Assembly: GCA_013265495.1 (NCBI GenBank)
Contig: MU057552.1
Span: forward strand, 143,740 to 163,739
DNA from: Vicugna vicugna
Lineage: Eukaryota
Direction: 5' to 3'
DNA: 20,000 nucleotides
Shown: piece after piece, positions 11,925-20,000 of the stretch
Layout of the letters: every line of letters begins with the position of its first letter
Numbering within the stretch: the stretch's first letter is position 1
Position numbers and translations under genes: made by a program
The notes under the pieces: model-generated
Told to the model about the DNA's origin: nothing
Databases searched by the model: none
Seen by the model: only the letters and a program-made list of their open reading frames with translations

Positions 11925-12149
11925 GTCCAGATGACCATTGCTTCAGTTATTGGGATCATGGTCTACGGACTCTCAGTGTTGATTGTAATTTCTGCAAAAC
12001 TTCCCAAGCCTGAATGGAAGAGACCCAATCCAGTAGTACCTTACTGTGCAGATTGGCCATGCCCATCACTGCTTCCCTCATCAGTTTTATCATCCTCATG
12101 ACCCTGAAAGCCATATATGAGAAAGTGGCAATCACAATGACTGACTCTG
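11925..12149 (+). pseudogene. ANO6: ANO6/TMEM16F-like pseudo-exon (about human exon 13), 225 bp
   Basis: cag| acceptor and |gtaagc donor. Conceptual translation VQMTIASVIGIMVYGLSVLIVISAKLPK-(fs)-LNGRDPIQ*YLTVQ-(fs)-MAMPITASLISFIILMTLKAIYEKVAITMTDS matches recalled ANO6 ILLIIASVIGIIVYRLSVFIVFSAKLPKNINGTDPIQKYLTPQTATSITASIISFIIIMILNTIYEKVAIMITNF. Apparent -2 nt near 12009, TAG at 12034-12036, +1 nt near 12054. Confidence 0.92.
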
Positions 12150-13205
12150 GTAAGCTCCTCCTGCAGCTGAAGTCATTTCTACGCCACTTTTAGAACCAGG
12201 TCAAAACAGAGACTGTATCTTTTAGGCACTTCAATTCCAGTATATTACAGTCTTTAGAAAACTTCAAGTGTATACCTATTTCTCTAGCCTATATGAGAAG
12301 TTAACTAGCTCCAGCTTTGCATTAGTAAAAAGAACAAAGGAAGCATTAGAATGTCCAAGCTGTGTGTAAACAGGTCAGTGTTGAATAATAAATTCAATTA
12401 CATTACATCACGTTCCCTATTGTTGAAAATAAATAGTCTCTTTATTGCAAATAAGTGGAAGAGGGTCGTGGTTCCAGTGGCAGATTTGCTTGTGTGTTAC
12501 GGAGAGGACAAGTAATCACAGTGTTATGTGTCTTCCCCCAATGCTGTTCCTGTTAGTGTAGTTCCATTCTCATTATCTATAGCTTCTATAATAAATGTTT
12601 CTTCTCTCTGGCTTGTATCCCAGCCAGCAGCTTAGTGGCCCAAGTGCTTCCCACACGTGGCACGTGGCTGGGTCGTTCTCCCAGTGGTTTGCTCAGTAGT
12701 CATCTTCTGAGAACACTAAGACCATTTCAAATTCTGAACTAGGAGGATGACCCGTTTTATGTTACCCAATTTCTTCTAGCAAGTTGCCCCGTGTTTTGTT
12801 TGTTTTCTTTGATAGTCCTACTTTCCTGCCCTTCAGGGAGAAAAGAGAATATCATTTAGCAGGATATTCAAACTAGTTTTCTGTCAGCTTACACCTGACA
12901 GGGGACATTTCTTGCCATTGGATACTGTTGTGCTTATAAATTTTAAGGAACTGCTGACTTTTTTTTTTTTTTTGCCTTGTGGGATATTGCATTCACAGTG
13001 GGAGAAACTCTTAAAACAGAGTGTACACTTGGAATTAACATAGTAACTATGTTAAGGAATTCACAACAGCTTAAATGAAAACAATGTGAACTGTGTATAT
13101 ATATATACATATTTACCATGTTAACTCATGTGTCTGTGCCTTTGATTAGGGTCTCAAAGCCGTTCACAGTTTTACAGACTTACCTTTTCTTTATTCTAGC
13201 TGCAG

Positions 13206-13374
13206 AGCTCCCAAGGACCAGACTGACTGTGAGAACAACCCAGCCATGAAGGTGTTCTTGTTCCAGTTTATCAACTACTACTCTTCGTGTTTCTAAATCG
13301 CATTCTTTAAGGGCAGATTTGTGACTTATCCGGGAGATCCGGTGTATTGGCTGTGAAAATACAGAAATGAAGAG
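13206..13374 (+). pseudogene. ANO6: ANO6-like pseudo-exon (about exon 14), copy 1, 169 bp
   Basis: Polypyrimidine tract and tgcag| acceptor, |gtgtga donor. ELPRT-(fs)[49 protein letters not shown], with TAA at 13294-13296 and TGA at 13354-13356. Confidence 0.95.
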
Positions 13375-13552
13375 GTGTGAATACAGCTTTGTGTTCTGAC
13401 AGTCTAACCTGTTTCATGTTTTCTCTTAGTTGCCCAATGAAGAGTGTCTTTACTGTCTGTTCCTTAGATTTTATTTAGGCATAAAATAATGACTTTATTT
13501 CATGTTAGAGCTATCTAAAATTTAAATGAGAGTTTTCTTTCTAATATTCCAG

Positions 13553-13623
13553 TCTGACCCAGGTGGCTGTCTCCTTGAACTGATGACACAGCTGACAATA
13601 ATCATGGGAGGACAGTCCATCTG
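13553..13623 (+). pseudogene. ANO6: ANO6-like pseudo-exon (about exon 15), copy 1, truncated at the duplication junction
   Basis: ccag| then [23 protein letters not shown]; breaks inside the Trp codon and continues into duplicated intron sequence. Confidence 0.93.
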
Positions 13624-13823
13624 AACTCTTAAAACAGAGTGTACACTTGGAATTAACATAGTAACTATGTTAAGGAATTCACAACAGCTTAAATGAAAAC
13701 AATGTGAACTGTGTATATATATATACATATTTACCATGTTAACTCATGTGTCTGTGCCTTTGATTAGGGTCTCAAAGCCGTTCACAGTTTTACAGACTTA
13801 CCTTTTCTTTATTCTAGCTGCAG

Positions 13824-13992
13824 AGCTCCCAAGGACCAGACTGACTATGAGAACAGCCAAACCATGAAGGTGTTCTTGTTCCAGTTTGTCAATGACTACT
13901 CTTCATGTTCCTACATCACATTCTTTAAGGGCAGATTTGTGACTTATCCAGGAGATCCGGTGTATTGGCTGTGAAAATACAGAAATGAAGAG
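13824..13992 (+). pseudogene. ANO6: ANO6-like pseudo-exon (about exon 14), copy 2, 169 bp
   Basis: ELPRT-(fs)[50 protein letters not shown]. Shares the 1-nt deletion and the TGA with copy 1 but lacks the TAA. Confidence 0.95.
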
Positions 13993-14168
13993 GTGTGAAT
14001 ACAGTTTTGTGTTCTGACAGTCTAACCTGTTTCATGTTTTCTCTTAGTTGCCCAATGAAGAGTGTCTTTACTGTCTGTTCCTTAGATTTTATTTAGGCAT
14101 AAAATAATGACTTTATTTCATGTTAGAGCTATCTAAAATTTAAATGAGTTTTTTTTCTGATATTCCAG

Positions 14169-14266
14169 TGTGACCCAGGTGGCTGTCTCCTTGAACTGAT
14201 GACACAGCTGACAATAATCATGGGAGGACAGTCCATCTGGAATAACATACAAGAGGTGTTACTTCC
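14169..14266 (+). pseudogene. ANO6: ANO6-like pseudo-exon (about exon 15), copy 2, complete 98 bp with mutated donor
   Basis: [33 protein letters not shown] matches the anoctamin pore-region motif; followed by ATGAGT instead of GTGAGT. Confidence 0.95.
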
Positions 14267-14271
14267 ATGAG

Positions 14272-14355
14272 TACTAAGTCATGTGATCTTGGGGTGAGAA
14301 CGGCCCACCCATCCAAGTCATTTTCCTGCATTCCCATCTCTAAAACAGGGGAGAC
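14272..14355 (+). mobile_element. Possible MIR fragment
   Basis: TACTAAGTCATGTGATCTTGGGG..TTCCCATCTCTAAAACAGGGG resembles the MIR core. Confidence 0.45.
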
Positions 14356-14616
14356 TGTCTGCTTATTAAAGGTCTCCAGATAAGATGATCCAGCCAACAG
14401 TGTAAACGTACCTGCTGTTTAATAATTATGCTTAAATACCTTCCTTTTAATGTTTAACTTAAATCCCCAAGTGCTATAGTTTCTGTTTATTAGCCCATCA
14501 CTGGGGACTGACTGATAAGAGCCCTTTGAGTGATGGCCCTTGTTGGGTCCATGATCTAATGTTTTCCACAAATCCCCACAACTTTCTCCTCCTTTTATAC
14601 ATGCATTTAAAATATG

Positions 14617-14855
14617 ATAAGAGGAATTTGTTGAGTGCCTAGTATGTGCTAGTCACTGTACTAAATGTTGTACATATATGTGTGTGTGTGTGTGTGTACA
14701 GTTTAATCACTCAAACAATCCTTACTCTTATCTCCCTTTTGCAAATGAAGATCCTGTGGCTTAAAGAGGGTAAATGATTTGCCCAAGCTCTCATTGCCAA
14801 TAAGACAACTGTGGGACTCAGATGTAAGACCCTATCTCTCTGAATCCAGGTTCTT
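14617..14855 (-). mobile_element. MIR SINE with embedded (TG)n at about 14679-14697
   Basis: ATTTGTTGAGTGCCTAGTATGTGCTAGTCACTGTACTAAATG..CCCTTTTGCAAATGAAGATCCTGTGGCTTAAAGAGGGTAAATGATTTGCCCAAG. Confidence 0.85.
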
Positions 14856-15091
14856 CTAAGAACAGAGGCTCTCTTGGGGTCCTAAGGTACAAGGTTACCT
14901 AATGTTTTAAGAGAAACTTGTCTAAAATAATAACTACAGAGGTTTTGACTTACTGCTCTCTTCCTAAAAATGAGAAAAGTAGATGTTAGCTTAGGTCACC
15001 CTGTCCTTTTGATTTTCACATAAGCCCAATCCCCTGTCAAAGCAGACAGTCCAGTGTTATCTGCAATTTCTGCACAATTCAAGGAGGTTAC

Positions 15092-15536
15092 TGTATTTGC
15101 TTTCTGTTGCTGCTGTAACACGTATCCCCAAACATCATGGTAGTAGGAAGAAAAAAGAAAAAGTCTCCACTAAACAACACAAATTTAACCTTGTAGGGTT
15201 CTTGAACGCAGAAGCCTGCTGAAGTCAAAGTGTTGACACGGCTGTTTCTGAAGGCCTCAGGGGAAACTGTATCTTTGACTTTTCTGTCTTCCAGAGGCCA
15301 CCTGCGTCTCTTGGCCTGTGACCTCTTTTCTCTGTCTCAAGGTCAGCATGGTTGTGTGCCTCTGACTCTGAACCTGTGGTCAGATCTCCTCTCCTCTCTC
15401 CCCTCTTCTGCCTCCTTCTTCCTCCTTTAACGACCCTGGTGATTACACTGAGCCCAAATCTATAATCCAGCTGGTCTCTCTTAGAGTCGACTGGTTAGCA
15501 ACCTTAACCACATCTGCAAATTTTTCTGCCTACCAC
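15092..15536. mobile_element. MaLR solo LTR (MLT1-type)
   Basis: Starts TGTATTTGCTTTCTGTTGCTGCTGTAACA, contains AAACAACACAAATTTA and GAAGTCAAAGTGTTGACACGGCTG, ends TCTGCCTACCACA (TG...CA termini). Confidence 0.85.
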
Positions 15537-15789
15537 ACTAACCTTTCTAAGAGAATTTCTGGCTTTGAGTTCCTGTTCTCATGAAACTGTTGATCTCTCT
15601 TCTATCTTGCCTTCCACACCAGCATTCTGCTCCTGGTCAACCTAACGGCAGAGCTAACCCCTCTCAGTGGTGTCCCCCAAAACCACTTATACAAGCAGGC
15701 CTTACTGATGTTTGGAGCATGGAGGAGAAACTCAACTTGAATTTTGAAATAAAAACATCCATCATTTTAAAATCTTCCATGCCACTATA

Positions 15790-16050
15790 AAAAAATTTAT
15801 TTTTAACTTCATTTTTTAATTTTTAAACTATTTTAAACTTTGTTACTTTTTTTAAACTTTACTTTTTTTTCTTGTCATCCTTCATTCTAGGCTCCAGAAA
15901 CCTGCTATTCTGCCCACCGATCCAAGTTCCCTTTCATTGTTTCTCCTCCCTTCCCTAACCTTCCTTCTCTCTCCCTTACTACCAAGTTTCTGTCCATTCT
16001 CCTTATAGGGCAGTTAAATTCTTTTTTCTTTCTTTCTTTCTGTTTTTCAG
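15790..16050. repeat. T-rich / pyrimidine-rich low-complexity tract
   Basis: Repeated TTTTAAACT-like units at 15798-15870, then CT-rich runs. Confidence 0.6.
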
Positions 16051-17659
16051 AGTGAACACCTTTGGGTGTCAGTGTGTCCTTCCACATTTCTTCACAAGGG
16101 CTTCACCTTCAGCTTCAGTATGGTTTACTGGGGTCTGTCTCTAAGCAAAGGCATTTCCCTCGTCCCCCAGCTCACCACGCCCCTCAAAAAAAGATTCTGG
16201 TCTTCGCTGTGAAATTAATTATTTTTTCCATACTGTGCAGTAGGCAACTCTTACCCTGAGTTCACAGTCGGATTTTTCCAGAGAAGTAAAAGTAGGTCAT
16301 GTGCAAATAATACTATTTTTCTTTGTGAAAAGAAATAGATCAGATAGAGGAAATACTTAACTCAGGTTACCCAAAGCATTTCCTGAAGGAAATAGGTTAA
16401 TTATTTAACGCTAAATTTTGTTGAATCTGGTTGTCAGTGAGCTATTTTAACCAATCAAGGAGAAGGATATATTTTCTAAATTAGTACTGAGAAATTCATG
16501 TGAAATGAAACTTATTCACATGGACTAGTTTAAAGTAAAGGATGCATTATAGTATCTGTGGTCTGTTTTTACCTTTGCTTAAGTAAGCATATTGTTGTAG
16601 GTTCCAGTGAGCTGAATTTTGCCTCCATGTATTTCTACTATGGGCTAAAATATTTAGGGAATATGTTTTGAATTATGTTTACCTTGTTTGAAAACCAGGA
16701 ATGCTGAATGGTAGCCAAGTTCGTGGGTGGCTTGTGTCTTCCTCACTGCCTCTTCTGTTTGTATAAGGTGCCAGTTCCCTTCTTATTTTTTTCATATAAA
16801 ATCCTAACATATCAAAGATCTATCAGTTACTCTTGCTATGCCAAATCTATACCCATCCTCAAAAATACATAGGAAGGGAAAAGAAAACTTATCAAAATTA
16901 GCGACTATTTTCATGCTATTTAAATATGTCTAAAGGAACATAATGAAATGAATTTCACCATAAATCACCTTCTTCCACCCCCCAATTCCATGTGGGGTTC
17001 TTCAGTAGGATTCTGGGAGCAAATGAAGAAGGACAGTGATGCCGTGATCCAGGCTCCCTCTGGGGTCCCCGAGCACTTGGATCGGCACCTGGTATAAAGT
17101 AGGTCTCAGTCCGAGCCAGCTGAGTGAGTGAGTGACTCACAGGCATCAGTGAATTAACAGCATTCTTTGTGGGACTCAGAGAATAAGCTGCAAGCCCTGT
17201 GGCCTTCCCAGTCTCACATACTATTTTGATATTGGGATCATTTCTGGGAATGTAATTCTGTACTTGACAAAAGGCTAGTACAATTCCAGGGTTAAGCAAC
17301 TTGCCCTGGAGAAATTTTATGACAAAGTATTAAGAAAAATAGTTAAATGCCCAAAATGGCACAGAATTGTCCTTTGGTGTTTAGATAAGGTATGGCTGTA
17401 ATTTTCTTACTTTATATGTTTTCTACATTTTCCACTGTGGGTATACACTATTATAAAATAAGAAAAAGAAAATCTCTCTTTTCCAGATACGATTTGGTTA
17501 GAGGATGAGTCAGAGACATGTAATAAGAGAATCTTAAATACATGTGTCCCTAATTCTTTAAATTCAGGAACAGGAAACTCAGGAATGAAATAGATTTAGA
17601 GAATCAAAGATACTTGTATTCAAGATTAGCAAGTGGAAGTGTCCTCAACAGAAGTGGTG

Positions 17660-17770
17660 GTAATCTATAATGCAGGGATTAAATGTGATAATGCAGGTAC
17701 AAACACAACATGAAGTAGAAAATACCACTTGGCAAGCACTGAGTAAAGTGCAATTTACTTTGATTATGCT
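17660..17770 (+). mobile_element. Possible MIR 3' fragment
   Basis: GGGATTAAATGTGATAATGCAGGTACAAACAC..AAGCACTGAGTAAA resembles the MIR 3' segment. Confidence 0.5.
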
Positions 17771-17849
17771 AATATGTGTGGTCAAATCCCAAGCAAATGA
17801 TTGTGTAACCCCTGCTAGAGGGAGAAAGCTTCCAGCCTTGGCTGGAGAG

Positions 17850-17925
17850 GGGGGAGGATCCAGTGTCTGTATTTTTTAAAATGTCTACAGGTGCTTCTCA
17901 TGTGCAAATTGATATCCCTGCATGA
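17850..17925. mobile_element. Possible MER5-like hAT DNA transposon fragment
   Basis: GTCTGTATTTTTTAAAATGTCTACAGGTGCTTCTCATGTGCA resembles the MER5A arm motif. Confidence 0.5.
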
Positions 17926-18695
17926 GAACCATAACCCAACCGAAAACCCAATAGACTGAGGACCATGATGGGTAGATGACAGCCCAAGCTTTTCTGCCAC
18001 AGATGAGTGGTTCCACTCAGGAAGGCTGAGCAAGAGGCTCAGAGTCTTAGCTAAGGACAAGCAAGTCGGGACTTCTAATATGACCTAATGCCATCAGCTG
18101 GGAGGGGAGTTCAGCACAAGAAGGGAGCGCCAGATGAGTTAGCATGGAAGTTTCATCCTGGATCCAAACCGTGATGGATTTGGGTCCCATAGGATAAAAG
18201 TCCTGCTTCCCTGAGACATGGACCGGATTCCACAAGAGGCTGAGACAGGAAGTATGAGGCAGAGAAAAATTCCCCCAGGACACTCCCGAGTCTGGGTGCC
18301 AGGAAGGGTAATGGACAAGCGTGGTCCCAGCACCACTCGCACCACAGGGCCCCGAGTGGCTGTGGAGCTCTGCATTCCTGGCCAAACCTCAGACCTGATT
18401 GCAGTGCTCTGGGCTGCAGCCTGCGGAGTGGCTTCAGCAGCAGGCTGTCCCTGTCATTCTCATAGGTGCTGCAGTGACCCCCACCCCTGTGGCCACAGTG
18501 TCCCCAAGCCAAGGGTCTAAGTGACTTCAACCTTATTTACAGGTGACCACAGCCGGTTAGCCTGTGCTGCTCAAAAGGAAGATCCCACATGGGGTTTTGA
18601 TGTTAGGGGGTTTGCTAATACCTCACCTGCTTTGAATTGTTTCATCCTGACAGCAGCCTGGGCAGTGGAAGTTTCATCTCCCCATTTTATTTCAA

Positions 18696-18774
18696 CTTTT
18701 TTTGTCGGAAGTATAGTTCGTTTACAATATTGTGCTAAATCTTGGTGTACAACATAGTGATTCAGTTATATATG

Positions 18775-18808
<34 letters not shown>

Positions 18809-18891
18809 CCTTTTCATATTCTTTTTCACTATAGGCTACTACAATGTATTGATTGTAGTTCCCTGTGCTATACAGTAGGACCTTGTTGTTT
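18696..18891 (-). mobile_element. L1 3'UTR tail fragment with internal (TA)n at about 18768-18806
   Basis: TTTTTTGTCGGAAGTATAGTTCGTTTACAATATTGTG..GTAGTTCCCTGTGCTATACAGTAGGACCTTGTTGTTT, a typical L1 3' end. Confidence 0.85.
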
Positions 18892-18989
18892 GATGCAAAA
18901 ATTTCTAGACAATTTGCAAACTAAATCTAGCCATGCATATGACAGAGTTCAGTTTATCTCAGGATTTAAATGTGGTTTTGGTCTCTGGG

Positions 18990-19275
18990 ATCTCTTTATC
19001 AATTTATCATAATTAAAGAGCCTATGGACCCCTTTTCAGAAAAATGTTTTAAAATCATAAGATTTAGAGAATATAGAAGGAAGATAATTATACTGAAAAG
19101 CAGATATCAAAATATAGAAATGGACACTTGTGATACAGTAACATCTGAATTATTGGAAGAATGTGTTGAATAAAAGGATCCAGGGGTGGGTCTACTAACC
19201 GCAACATTCTGCCATAGCAGTGAGTGTAAATCATTTTCTGAGATCTGCAACAATTGCATTTTGAATGTAAATAAA
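18990..19275. mobile_element. hAT-Charlie-type DNA transposon remnant
   Basis: AGAGCCTATGGACCCCTTTTCAGAAAAATGTTTTAAAAT..AATTATACTGAAAAGCAGATATCAAAAT..GAGATCTGCAACAATTG motifs. Subfamily and ends uncertain. Confidence 0.6.
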
Positions 19276-19538
19276 GTTAAATAACAAATAAGCCATGAAG
19301 TGTGGATTCAAATTCAAGGGTATCTTGAGTCCATATCCCCATCACTTCCCAGAGCTCCCTGCTCTTCTCCTAATATCATTGAAAGAAGTGGAGAAAGTTT
19401 GCTAAGCGAAGGGCATGTTCCATTGCAAAGAAATCTCGTAGCAAACCTGGAAGCGTGGTCAGTGAACAGTTAACGCTGAGATCAGAGGCAGTAGGAAACC
19501 TAGCAGGGGCAATTCTTTAAAGGTCACATCATATACTC

Positions 19539-19580
19539 TGTGTGTCCGTGTGTGTGTGCATACACATGTGTGTGCATGTA
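19539..19580 (+). repeat. Degenerate (TG)n / alternating purine-pyrimidine tract
   Basis: TGTGTGTCCGTGTGTGTGTGCATACACATGTGTGTGCATGTA. Confidence 0.8.
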
Positions 19581-20000
19581 CAGTGTATACACCAGCCTTT
19601 TGTGTGAAGCCTCCTCATTGTCTAAATTTGAAATCCATCCAAAAGTGCAATGCAGTCAGCCAAAGCTCTGCCAGATGTTCAGTTGTCTGTTGCTGCTCTG
19701 TCTCTTCTGCTGAATTCCATGAGTAAACCAATTGCCAGCTGTTGCTTTCAGGGACAACAGCTTTGTAGGCTACAGGTCCATGCCTTGTTTCACTGTCAAC
19801 TCTGATTTCTTTTCAGGACAAATTGCCATTTGAAAAAGAGAGAAGCATTCAGTTGACCCACAAGCCTCTGAGTGAGGGAAAAAGACAACCTTAGACACAG
19901 CTCTGTGGGACAGCATCCAGGAGGGGGCAGAGCACTGGGCTGTGAGTCGAGGCTGTATTTCTTTCATGTTCTGCACTGACTTTGAGGCGGTATGTCACTT

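Larger units (their letters stand above)
13006..14239 (+). repeat. Head-to-tail tandem duplication: unit 1 13006-13623 (618 bp), unit 2 13624-14239 (616 bp)
   Basis: AACTCTTAAAACAGAGTGTACAC starts at both 13006 and 13624; both units end in GGACAGTCCATCTG. Confidence 0.97.

Noticed and set aside
13006..14239. CRISPR-like or LTR-pair interpretation of the direct repeat
   Set aside because: Only two contiguous units with no spacer, made of exon and intron sequence, in a mammalian context.
16955..18757. ORFs of 60-125 aa on both strands
   Set aside because: No recognisable protein similarity or supported splice structure; expected by chance in GC-richer sequence.
14267..20000. Next ANO6 exon (..PRWEQDYHLQ..)
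   Set aside because: Not found by eye. The intron may extend beyond the window, so absence here does not show truncation.

Overview
This is mammalian genomic DNA, AT-rich and CpG-depleted. A short tRNA-derived SINE at 1192-1270 suggests a camelid (inference). There is no intact protein-coding gene and no prokaryotic system. About 1.45-7.6 kb is a decayed minus-strand LINE-1 (full ORF2 remnant, partial ORF1) carrying a nested, opposite-orientation L1 3' insertion with a 12-bp target-site duplication; a third L1 3' tail caps its 5' end. The most informative non-repeat content is an intron-containing pseudogenic segment of ANO6/TMEM16F (Ca2+-activated phospholipid scramblase) at 11925-14266, corresponding to about human exons 13-15 (numbering recalled, not verified), with frameshifts, stops and a dead splice donor. 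Inside it is a 618/616-bp tandem duplication with inverted divergence: the intronic parts are identical while 12 substitutions fall within 104 bp of the exon. The rest is ancient MIR, MaLR-LTR, L1M and hAT remnants plus microsatellites. Repeat family names come from pattern recognition, not a database search.
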